From assembly GCA_041303255.1 (NCBI GenBank), contig JBFYPP010000001.1:1-40140 (forward strand): a DNA stretch of 40,140 bases, read 5' to 3'. The notes under the pieces were generated by a model that made no database searches, was not told where the DNA came from, and saw nothing but the letters and a program-made list of their open reading frames with translations. The position numbers were made by a program, and so were the translations under genes. Shown here piece after piece: positions 18,284-26,731 of the stretch (positions are counted from its first letter, which is position 1; each line of letters opens with the position of its first letter). The stretch comes from Chitinophagia bacterium. Its GTDB lineage: Bacteria; Bacteroidota; Bacteroidia; Chitinophagales; Chitinophagaceae.

Positions 18284-18335
18284 GTTTAAATCCAATATCC
18301 TATGAAAAACCGAGATTATAACGTGATTCTACTTA
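18252..18335 (-). ncRNA. Putative small RNA, copy 2 (~84 nt; 5' end approximate)
   Basis: Same architecture as copy 1 with an identical terminator. Confidence 0.55.
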
Positions 18336-18349
18336 CACTAATTGCGTAG
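18302..18349 (+). CDS. Possible 15-aa micropeptide MKNRDYNVILLTLIA (speculative)
   Basis: Paralog of 18148-18195 with the same length and stop position. Confidence 0.25.
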   Translation: MKNRDYNVILLTLIA

Positions 18350-18457
18350 AACACCATGTATTTTTAAGTTATTTTTAAGAACCCACCTGATGCCCCTTAA
18401 AATCAACGAGTTACTTAACCTTTATGCATCTTCGTTGTTAACATAAAAAAGGATGAT

Positions 18458-19021
18458 ATGAGAAAAGTGGTCATAGCAGTTACAGGTGCAAGTGGTTCTA
18501 TATATGCAGATTTGCTTTTGAGAAAACTTAAAACCATTGAAAACCAATGGCATGAATTGGCCATAGTGTTTTCAGACAATGCAAAAGAAGTATGGGCTAC
18601 GGAACTGGGAAATCAAAATTACGACACCCTGAATCTTCCTGTTTTTGGGAAGACTGATTTTTCAGCTCCTTTTGCATCCGGATCGGGGAAATTTGATACC
18701 ATGATCATTATTCCTTGTTCGATGGGTACGCTTGGTCGAATTGCCACAGGCACTTCAAGCGACCTGATTACTAGGGCTGCAGATGTTGTATTAAAGGAGA
18801 GAAGAAAGCTAATCTGCGTAGCACGTGAAACGCCGTATAGTTTGATTCACATAAAAAACATGGAAGCAATCACCTTGGCTGGTGGTATTATATGTCCTGC
18901 AACACCCTCATTTTACAGTAAACCTACCACCATTGAAGAAGTTGCAGAAACAGTTGTTGATAGGGTACTTGACCTTGCAGGGTTTGACATCAAGAGTTAC
19001 AGGTGGGGTAACAATAACTAA
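18458..19021 (+). CDS. ubiX: Flavin prenyltransferase
   Basis: AVTGASGSIY, APFASGS, IIPCSMGTL, RAADVVLKERR, RETP, PATPSFY. Confidence 0.95.
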   Translation: MRKVVIAVTGASGSIYADLLLRKLKTIENQWHELAIVFSDNAKEVWATELGNQNYDTLNLPVFGKTDFSAPFASGSGKFDTMIIIPCSMGTLGRIATGTSSDLITRAADVVLKERRKLICVARETPYSLIHIKNMEAITLAGGIICPATPSFYSKPTTIEEVAETVVDRVLDLAGFDIKSYRWGNNN

Positions 19022-19689
19022 CGCAAGTCGATTACTTCTACTCCAGGATATTTTTTCGCACTAAATATGAAACTATCGTCTGGTAAAACGGCAGAGGTAG
19101 ACATATTACTGATGGCATACAGATAGCGATTGCCATTCTTTTCAAATACCCTTGTAGATGCAATCACTTTACTTGCTTTATCCACTTCAATCAAGACTTT
19201 AAAAAAAGGCTTGGTCTTATCTATTGGAGTCAGCTCAATCACCTGGTAGGTTTTGCCATCTTTTTTCACATCTGGATTTAACACAAAGAGAAAGTCCTTA
19301 TCATAAAAATTGGTAAACAATTTCTGAGGGGTAATCGAACCACTTGAATTGTCGAGTGTAGAAATCTGTACTTCTTTAGCCGCCTTATCGTATGTCCAAA
19401 TGGTTACTCCATCACAAAATATATCTTGCCCAGTAATGGCAACCCTGTATTTAACCCCTTTCATTAAAACAGTGCCTGTTTTAACACCCTGCACTTTACC
19501 GGCTGCATTTTCGATCTTCAGTGTAAAAGAAGCCTTTACACTTTTAAAGGTTTTAAATTTTGCACTCACAGCATCCAATACTTTCTTTGCTTCAGAATCG
19601 CTTTTACCCATATCCTTTGGCACCTGCGCAAATACATAAGTTGAGAAAGCAAAAGCAACCAAAAAAAGACCAACTATTTTTTTAAACAT
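19018..19689 (-). CDS. lolA: Outer-membrane lipoprotein carrier protein LolA family
   Basis: Signal peptide, KASFT, KGVKYRV, DGVTIWTYD..EVQI, VIDLR end; lies directly downstream of ftsK (conserved synteny). Confidence 0.85.
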   Translation of the reverse strand: MFKKIVGLFLVAFAFSTYVFAQVPKDMGKSDSEAKKVLDAVSAKFKTFKSVKASFTLKIENAAGKVQGVKTGTVLMKGVKYRVAITGQDIFCDGVTIWTYDKAAKEVQISTLDNSSGSITPQKLFTNFYDKDFLFVLNPDVKKDGKTYQVIELTPIDKTKPFFKVLIEVDKASKVIASTRVFEKNGNRYLYAISNMSTSAVLPDDSFIFSAKKYPGVEVIDLR

Positions 19690-19735
19690 AAAAAGGTTTG
19701 ATGGGTCAACTAAAGTATACCCTATAAAGAAAGCG

Positions 19736-22204
19736 TTATTCCATTGATTTTAAAAACTGATCCAGTTCGTATTCCGTTTTAAAAAGCACTTCTCTCACCT
19801 TGCTCCCCTTACTTGGTCCAACTATACCCGCAGCCTCCAACTGGTCCATCAACCTCCCAGCCCTATTGTATCCGAGTTTTAACCTGCGCTGAATAAGAGA
19901 AGTTGACCCCATGCCGCTCTGCACAATGAGTTGTGCTGCATCATTAAACAATGGATCCTTGCTCAACAAATCAACCTCACGGTCTTCCATGTCTTTCTCA
20001 TCAACCACTTCTGGCAATTCAAATGCAGAAGGATAGCCTTGCTGACTACCTATGAACTCAGCAACCTTTTCAACTTCTGGAGTATCTACAAAAGCACACT
20101 GAACCCTAGTAACCTCACCTTGGTAAGAAACAAGCATGTCTCCCCTTCCAATCAGTTGCTCTGCACCTCCAATGTCTAAAATAGTGCGACTGTCTACTTT
20201 TGAAGAGACTTTGAACGCAATACGAGCAGGGAAGTTGGCCTTGATTGTTCCGGTGATGATATTGACTGATGGTCTTTGGGTAGCAACAATTAAGTGAATA
20301 CCAATGGCACGCGCCAATTGAGCCAGTCGTGCAATTGGGGTTTCAATTTCTTTACCCGCAGTCATGATCAAATCTGCGAACTCATCAATTACCAATACAA
20401 TGAAGGGTAAAAACTTATGTCCCTTTTCTGGATTTAATTTTCTTGCTGCGAACTTTTCATTGTACTCCCTAATATTTCTACACCCTGCATCTTTAAGCAA
20501 ATCGTAGCGCTCATCCATTTCAATGCAAAGTGCATTTAGCGTACTTACCACTTTTCTCGTATCTGTTATAATGGCATCATCTTCGCCAGGTAATTTAGCA
20601 AGGAAATGTTTTTCGATGATTCGATACAAACTGAGTTCCACTTTTTTAGGATCCACCAATACAAACTTCAACTGCGATGGGTGCTTTTTGTACAATAGAG
20701 ATACTAAAATAGCATTGAGTCCAACCGATTTACCCTGACCAGTTGCACCAGCCATGAGCAAGTGTGGCATGGCCGCTAAATCGACAATAAAATTTTCATT
20801 GTCGATTTTTTTACCCAATGCGATAGGCAAGGCATAATCGTTTTTCTGAAACTTGTCGGAAGCCAGCAAAGAACGCATGCCTACAACACTCTTCTTCACA
20901 TTGGGCACTTCAATACCAATTGTGCCCTTACCGGGTATAGGCGCAATAATCCTGATGCCCAATGCAGAAAGGCTCAACGCAATATCATCTTCCAGGTTCT
21001 TGATTCTGGATATACGCACTCCCGCGGCAGGCACAATTTCATATAAGGTAACAGTTGGACCAACTGTTGCAAATATTTTCTGTATGTCAATGTCGTAATT
21101 TTGAAGGGTCTTGATGATCTGGGTCTTATTGGCTTCCAATTCAGTTTGATCCATCACAATTTTTTCTCCAGCATGGTGTGCCATCAAATCCAATGAAGGA
21201 TATTTGTAGCCCTTCAAATCTGCAATAGGATCATAATGTGGAGAAGCCAATACTGCTGTAGCTTTAGACGAAAATTTTTCTGCGACTACTGGCTTGATTT
21301 CTAAATCAGGTACTGCCTCAATAAAAGGCGATGATTCTGTTGGTGCTTCAAATTTATTTTCCTCATTTGATGGAACAATTAAAACCTGTGCTTCTGCAAG
21401 TTGAGGAATTTCCTCTTTTAATTTATTTGTTGATTCTTCAACTGCTTTCACATTCAAAACAAGTTGATCATTGTTCAAAGTATTGCCTTCCGTCAAATCC
21501 AAACGGGGTTGAAGAATTTCAGGTTCTGGGTCAATACCCATTTTTTTAGCACCCAATAACTCGTCTTTTTCTGCAAGTGGTTTTGAAAAAACAGGCATTC
21601 TAAACACAGGGTTGAATCGCCATATAAAATAAGTAAACAAGGAAAGAGAGATGAGTGCAAAAGTGCCCCACCAACCAATTATACTTTTTAACCAGCCCGA
21701 TACATATTTACCCAATGCACCTCCCCAATTGAATGTGGAATCAGGCATAAAAAATGATGCACTCACACTAAGCACCAATAAACCCATGATTAAATAGCGG
21801 ATGTTTCTAGTAATCGAAAATACTTTTCTGCCAAACAGCACATTGATACCAATAACAAATAACAATGAGCAAAACAAAAAAGAGGCAATACCAAAGCCAT
21901 ATTCAAAAAACACATATGCCGTGTATGCACCTAAACTGCCCAACTGATTACTGATCTCCAGTTCATTGGGCATTAAAATTTTTGAACCCATGTTTCTTAC
22001 TTTATCTTGGTCTTCATTCCAAGTAAATAAGTAAGAGGCAAAAGCAACAAAAAGAAAAAAGCTAATGAACAATAAAATTGAACCAATTATTTTATGGGTG
22101 CGCTCATCACGGACAATCGATTTAATTTCGACAGTCTCTTCTTTCTCTTCTATCAATACCTCCTCCTCTACTTTCGATTTCGGAGATTTCAGTCGGTTGC
22201 CCAT
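19736..22204 (-). CDS. ftsK: DNA translocase FtsK
   Basis: N-terminal TM region, GPTVTLYE, PHLLMAGATGQGKS (Walker A), IDEFADL, ATQRPS, and gamma domain STSLIQRRLKLGYNRAGRLMDQLE. Confidence 0.97.
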   Translation of the reverse strand: MGNRLKSPKSKVEEEVLIEEKEETVEIKSIVRDERTHKIIGSILLFISFFLFVAFASYLFTWNEDQDKVRNMGSKILMPNELEISNQLGSLGAYTAYVFFEYGFGIASFLFCSLLFVIGINVLFGRKVFSITRNIRYLIMGLLVLSVSASFFMPDSTFNWGGALGKYVSGWLKSIIGWWGTFALISLSLFTYFIWRFNPVFRMPVFSKPLAEKDELLGAKKMGIDPEPEILQPRLDLTEGNTLNNDQLVLNVKAVEESTNKLKEEIPQLAEAQVLIVPSNEENKFEAPTESSPFIEAVPDLEIKPVVAEKFSSKATAVLASPHYDPIADLKGYKYPSLDLMAHHAGEKIVMDQTELEANKTQIIKTLQNYDIDIQKIFATVGPTVTLYEIVPAAGVRISRIKNLEDDIALSLSALGIRIIAPIPGKGTIGIEVPNVKKSVVGMRSLLASDKFQKNDYALPIALGKKIDNENFIVDLAAMPHLLMAGATGQGKSVGLNAILVSLLYKKHPSQLKFVLVDPKKVELSLYRIIEKHFLAKLPGEDDAIITDTRKVVSTLNALCIEMDERYDLLKDAGCRNIREYNEKFAARKLNPEKGHKFLPFIVLVIDEFADLIMTAGKEIETPIARLAQLARAIGIHLIVATQRPSVNIITGTIKANFPARIAFKVSSKVDSRTILDIGGAEQLIGRGDMLVSYQGEVTRVQCAFVDTPEVEKVAEFIGSQQGYPSAFELPEVVDEKDMEDREVDLLSKDPLFNDAAQLIVQSGMGSTSLIQRRLKLGYNRAGRLMDQLEAAGIVGPSKGSKVREVLFKTEYELDQFLKSME

Positions 22205-22250
22205 TGTATATTCAACAAATTAAATAAGAGATGCCCCAAGGGAGGTTTTT

Positions 22251-22258
22251 CAAAATTA
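22251..22258 (-). promoter_or_regulatory. -7 promoter element for ftsK-lolA
   Basis: TAATTTTG on the minus strand, 46 nt upstream of the ftsK ATG. Confidence 0.55.
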
Positions 22259-22295
22259 CATTTTTATTTCTCTTGAATTTCAACAAGTTCCGCTG

Positions 22296-22727
22296 TCAAG
22301 CATTCAACTTATCCTCATCTTTTTTGCTATTATCCCTATTTACAGGAGATGGAATGGAGATAAAAATCAAGAACCACCCTGCCATAAATAAAAGCCCCCC
22401 CAATGGTGTAACCAAATTAAAGAGACCCAAACTTTTAATACCAAAAAACCCAATCACCACCCTGAGATAGATCGATCCTGAGAAAAACAAGATCCCACCT
22501 AAAAAGAGATAACCTGCTATGCGTATTTTTTTATTGTGGTAATGCTTATATAAAATCCCTGCAATAAAAATTCCTATCCCATGTACCATCTGGTAAAGCG
22601 TTGCAGTTTGGTATCCCGCAAGGAGATCAACGCTTACATACGGCTTAAGCAAATGTGCTCCAAAAGCACCAAGCACAACAGCGATACCCAATACCAGCGC
22701 ACCAATTTTTAAAAACCTTCTATGCAT
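22296..22727 (-). CDS. DUF423 (YgdD/TMEM256) membrane protein
   Basis: AVVLGAFGAH, TATLYQMVH, FFSGSIY, TPLGGLLFMAGW. Confidence 0.92.
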   Translation of the reverse strand: MHRRFLKIGALVLGIAVVLGAFGAHLLKPYVSVDLLAGYQTATLYQMVHGIGIFIAGILYKHYHNKKIRIAGYLFLGGILFFSGSIYLRVVIGFFGIKSLGLFNLVTPLGGLLFMAGWFLIFISIPSPVNRDNSKKDEDKLNA

Positions 22728-23277
22728 TTTTTATTTTTTCAATAAGTAGTTCAACATCAACTTCATCTTGAAGCTCAATAGCAGCCTGACTATAAAAAGA
22801 AATTCTTTCTGATAATTTTGATGTGACAAACAGGGTCAATTCATTTTCGCTTAAAGCAGCCACTAAAGGTCGGCCTGCTTTCTCTTTTAACAACCTTTGC
22901 ATCAAAACAGATGGCAAGGGATTCAACCAAACAGTAATTCCATGTTGATTCATCCACTTCATATTCTCATGGTAACAGGGAGTTCCACCCCCAGTGGAAA
23001 TAATACCAGTAATACCCTTTTCGCCCATTTGAAAAACAGCACCTGCTGATAAAGAAGCAAAAGCTTCCTTCAACGCAGCGGACTCTCGTTCTCTAAAATA
23101 AGCTTCGCCAGATTGGTTGAAAATAGCAGTAATGGTTCGTTGTTCTTTATCCTCAATCCAATCGTCGAGGTCAACATAAGGTAATCCCGTATGGTCTGAA
23201 AGCAATTTAGCCCCATGTGATTTTCCTGAACCCATAAAGCCGATCAAAAAAATTACTTTAGACGCCGACTGACTCAT
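22720..23277 (-). CDS. aroK: Shikimate kinase
   Basis: LIGFMGSGKS, DLDDWIE, GEAYFRERE, STGGGTP, RPL, R...Y. Confidence 0.92.
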   Translation of the reverse strand: MSQSASKVIFLIGFMGSGKSHGAKLLSDHTGLPYVDLDDWIEDKEQRTITAIFNQSGEAYFRERESAALKEAFASLSAGAVFQMGEKGITGIISTGGGTPCYHENMKWMNQHGITVWLNPLPSVLMQRLLKEKAGRPLVAALSENELTLFVTSKLSERISFYSQAAIELQDEVDVELLIEKIKNA

Positions 23278-24455
23278 GAAAAAGCATTGATTCCAGTAAT
23301 GTCCATGCCAGTAATCAGTAAATGAATATCATGCGTACCCTCATAGGTAATTACGCTTTCAAGGTTCATCATGTGTCTCATTACTGAATACTCATCTGTA
23401 ATGCCCATACCGCCCAATATTTGACGGGCATCTCTGCAAATATCCTGAGCGATTGCGCAGGCATTTCTTTTACACATGCTCACCTGTCCGGGAGTTGCCT
23501 TCCCCTCATCCATCAAGACAGCCATTCTCCAATTGAGCAACTGCGCCTTGGTGATTTCAGTGAGCATTTCAGCCAATTTTTTTTGCTGTAATTGAAAACC
23601 GGCAATTGGTCTACCAAATTGTGACCGTTCTTTTGCGTATCGCAATGCAGTATCATAACAATCCATGGCCAACCCCACTGCTCCCCATGCAATACCAAAC
23701 CTTGCTTTGGTAAGGCAGGAAAGTGGACCTTTCAATCCTTTTACACCAGGTAAAATATTTTCTTTGGGAATTTTTACATCTTCAAATACCAGCTCCCCTG
23801 TTGCAGATGCCCTAAGGCTCCACTTCCCATGTATCTCAGGCGCACTAAACCCTTGCATTCCTTTTTCAACAAGAACACCCACCACATCTCCTTGATCGTC
23901 TTTTGCCCAAACTACTGCCACGTCAGCATAGGGCGCATTGCTGATCCACATCTTACTTCCATTCAAAATAAAATGATCACCGCTCGCTTTTAAATTGGTG
24001 AGCATGCCTCCGGGGTTGCTGCCATGGTCGGCTTCCGTTAAACCAAAGCAACCCAACCACTCTCCAGATGCCAACTTTGGGAGGTACTTGATTTTCTGCG
24101 CTTCGCTTCCGTATTGGTAAATGGGATACATAACCAAAGAACCTTGCACACTTGCAGTAGACCTTACCCCACTGTCACCCCTTTCCAATTCCTGCATCAT
24201 TAATCCATAACTGATATGGTCTAGTCCAGCCCCTCCATATTGCGTAGATACGGTAGGACCAAAACAACCCAATGCACCCATCTCCTTAACAATGTGAATG
24301 GGAAATTTAGCTGCTTGCGCAGCTTCCTCAATGATGGGAGAAATGGATTGCTTCACATAATCGCGAACCGCAGATCTAATCATCAAATGCTCCTCGGTAA
24401 GCAATGCATCCACTGCAAAATAATCAGGAGAATCAAAAAGATCTTGTTTGGGCAT
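23274..24455 (-). CDS. gcdH: Acyl-CoA dehydrogenase, glutaryl-CoA dehydrogenase type
   Basis: ELERGDSGVRSTASVQGSLVM, GCFGLTEADHGSNP, KWSLRASATG, NLESVITYEGTHDIHLLI. Confidence 0.88.
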   Translation of the reverse strand: MPKQDLFDSPDYFAVDALLTEEHLMIRSAVRDYVKQSISPIIEEAAQAAKFPIHIVKEMGALGCFGPTVSTQYGGAGLDHISYGLMMQELERGDSGVRSTASVQGSLVMYPIYQYGSEAQKIKYLPKLASGEWLGCFGLTEADHGSNPGGMLTNLKASGDHFILNGSKMWISNAPYADVAVVWAKDDQGDVVGVLVEKGMQGFSAPEIHGKWSLRASATGELVFEDVKIPKENILPGVKGLKGPLSCLTKARFGIAWGAVGLAMDCYDTALRYAKERSQFGRPIAGFQLQQKKLAEMLTEITKAQLLNWRMAVLMDEGKATPGQVSMCKRNACAIAQDICRDARQILGGMGITDEYSVMRHMMNLESVITYEGTHDIHLLITGMDITGINAFS

Positions 24456-24572
24456 GACAAATGTTTGTACGAAATTAATGAAAATGTAGCTTGTTTATGC
24501 CGGTCTTCGGTTTGATATAAGTTAATATTGTAGCGTAATAAACTATGATTAATTTAGCGCAAATTTGGCCCA

Positions 24573-25964
24573 ATGACCCAGGTTGCAAATAACCATAGCA
24601 TACAAGAGCAATTTGAACTTATCCAAGCGGATGAGAACAAGATGCATATGCATGAGTTTTTGAACAACCTGAACATCAGCGATGTGGCCGAACTGATTGA
24701 AGAATACGAAGAGTCCGCCACAGAAATTGTAGCTGCGCTTTCCGTACACCGGGCTGCCAGCGCCTTCAAAATTCTTGAATTGGGCACACAAAAGACCATC
24801 ATTCAAGAATTGCAACCCCTCAAGACTGCAGCCCTATTAAATGAATTACCCGCAGATGACCGTACTTCTTTTTTGGAAGAACTTCCCACCAGTGTAGTGA
24901 GGGAGTTGATAAAAATGCTGAACCCAGAAGAGAGAAAAATCACCCTATCCCTTTTGGGATATCCAGAATACAGTGTGGGCAGGCTGATGACGCCTGATTA
25001 CATATCTGTGCAAGCAGATTGGACCATCGCTGAGGTTTTAGAACACATTAGAGAAGTGGGTCAAGAATCGGAGACCATTGATGTTATCTATGTAATTAAC
25101 GACCAAGGCCAGTTGGTAGACGACGTTAGAATCAGAGAATTTTTGTTGTCGCCACCAGACCGTTTGGTAAGTGAACTCACCGATGGGCGCTATATTGAGC
25201 TAAATGTATACGACGACCAAGAAAAGGCCAACCAGGTTTTCAAAATGAACAACCGCGTGGCGCTTCCAGTAGTAGACAACAACAACATCTTGTTGGGCAT
25301 TGTAACGATTGATGATGTGCTCTGGGTAGCCAATGAAGAGTTCAGCGAGGATATGCAAAAGATGGGTGGAACTGAAGCCTTGGAGGAGCCCTACCTCGAA
25401 ATATCTATTTTTAAACTTTTCAAAAAAAGAGTAGGTTGGCTGATTGTCCTTTTCCTCGGTGAAATGCTTACAGCAACCGCAATGGCCAGTTATGAATTGG
25501 CGTTAGAAAAAGCACTTATTCTTTCCCTTTTTATACCCTTAATTATTTCGAGTGGAGGCAATACAGGCTCTCAGGCATCCTCGTTAATCATACAAGCCTT
25601 AACAGTAGGAGAAGTCACAATAACCGACTGGTGGCGCGTTATGAAACGAGAAATCATTTCAGGCATCATGCTTGGTACCGTTCTTGGATTGATTGGTTTT
25701 ATGAGGGTGGTGCTTTGGTCACAAATCTTTCCCGAAGTTTACGGTGTTCACTATCTGCTGATTGCATCCGTAGTTGGCGTATCGCTCATTGGAGTGGTGA
25801 TGTTTGGCACCATATCCGGCTCCATGTTGCCTATCGTACTAAAAAGACTAGGAGCTGATCCTGCTGTTTCCTCTGCACCCTTCGTTGCAACACTCGTTGA
25901 TGTTACTGGCGTAATTATCTACTTTAATTGCGCCTACCTGTTTTTGAAAGGAACCATGCTTTAG
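24573..25964 (+). CDS. mgtE: Magnesium transporter MgtE
   Basis: MgtE_N, CBS pair (GRLMTPDY; GIVTIDD), SSGGNTGSQA, DPAVSSAPFVATLVDVTG. Confidence 0.96.
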   Translation: MTQVANNHSIQEQFELIQADENKMHMHEFLNNLNISDVAELIEEYEESATEIVAALSVHRAASAFKILELGTQKTIIQELQPLKTAALLNELPADDRTSFLEELPTSVVRELIKMLNPEERKITLSLLGYPEYSVGRLMTPDYISVQADWTIAEVLEHIREVGQESETIDVIYVINDQGQLVDDVRIREFLLSPPDRLVSELTDGRYIELNVYDDQEKANQVFKMNNRVALPVVDNNNILLGIVTIDDVLWVANEEFSEDMQKMGGTEALEEPYLEISIFKLFKKRVGWLIVLFLGEMLTATAMASYELALEKALILSLFIPLIISSGGNTGSQASSLIIQALTVGEVTITDWWRVMKREIISGIMLGTVLGLIGFMRVVLWSQIFPEVYGVHYLLIASVVGVSLIGVVMFGTISGSMLPIVLKRLGADPAVSSAPFVATLVDVTGVIIYFNCAYLFLKGTML

Positions 25965-26681
25965 TTAGATGGCCTGGTGATTAAACGGTTGTAAAACCAT
26001 TTCACTTACAACACCACTGGCTGGTTGCTGACAAAGAAACCAAATAGATCTAGCAGCTTCTTCCTCCCGAATCATTTTGTCTTTTTGCACTTTCAAATCA
26101 ATGGTGTCCCAGAATGGTGAATCTACACCACCAAGAAATAAGTTGGTAATTCTTATCTCTGTTCTTTTTAACTCTTCCCTTACGCTTTGCATCATTCCTA
26201 CAATACCATACTTACTTGCTGAGTATGCAGCAGCCCCTGCCATAGGCACTTTCCCTAATACACCCGGCACATTTATTATTAATCCTTTTTTTACTTCCTT
26301 CATGGATGGAAGAAAAGTTTTCACAAACAAGAAAGTCCCCAACAAATTGGTATTTAAAGATCTTGAAAACTCTTCTGCAGTAAGCAGATCCATTGATTTA
26401 ATAATGCCTATTCCAGCAAGATTAATCAGTATATCTGGCGTACCCATTTCAGCATGCACTTTCTTTCCCAAAGCCTCCATCTGCTCTACACTGCTTATGT
26501 CCGCTGCAAAAAAATGAGTTGTCCTCAATCCAAACTCACCAACAATTTCATTTAATTTTTCCGCGTTTCTGCCAGTTACAAAAACCTCTGCTCCACTCTG
26601 ATGCAACAATTTCACCAACTGTCTTCCAATTCCGCCAGTCGCTCCAGTTACCACCACTTTCTTTGCCGTGAGTTTTTCCAT
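25965..26681 (-). CDS. Short-chain dehydrogenase/reductase
   Basis: TGATGGIG, INLAGIG, YSASK. Confidence 0.92.
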   Translation of the reverse strand: MEKLTAKKVVVTGATGGIGRQLVKLLHQSGAEVFVTGRNAEKLNEIVGEFGLRTTHFFAADISSVEQMEALGKKVHAEMGTPDILINLAGIGIIKSMDLLTAEEFSRSLNTNLLGTFLFVKTFLPSMKEVKKGLIINVPGVLGKVPMAGAAAYSASKYGIVGMMQSVREELKRTEIRITNLFLGGVDSPFWDTIDLKVQKDKMIREEEAARSIWFLCQQPASGVVSEMVLQPFNHQAI

Positions 26682-26731
26682 TTGCTTATTTTAGATTTAA
26701 ACATTCCAAAAGAAAAATTGTTTTGTGAACT

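Larger units (their letters stand above)
18087..18393. repeat. Head-to-tail tandem duplication, two units of ~155 bp
   Basis: Units start with GGGTA at 18087 and 18242. 18095-18181 versus 18250-18335 differ by only 2 substitutions and a 1-nt indel; identical blocks continue to TTAAGAA at 18228 and 18381. The right boundary is approximate. Confidence 0.95.

Noticed and set aside
18087-18393. Repeat interpreted as a CRISPR array, IS/MITE or REP element
   Set aside because: Only two long units with no unique spacers, no cas or transposase gene, and no terminal inverted repeats or target-site duplication seen.
24456-24572. Mg2+ riboswitch (M-box) or leader peptide before mgtE
   Set aside because: The 117-bp AT-rich divergent spacer is too short, must hold two promoters, and shows no strong stems or terminator.
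25965-26681. SDR as the ketocapnine reductase partner of the SulA-like gene
   Set aside because: It is 8 kb away, not co-transcribed, and has only generic SDR motifs.
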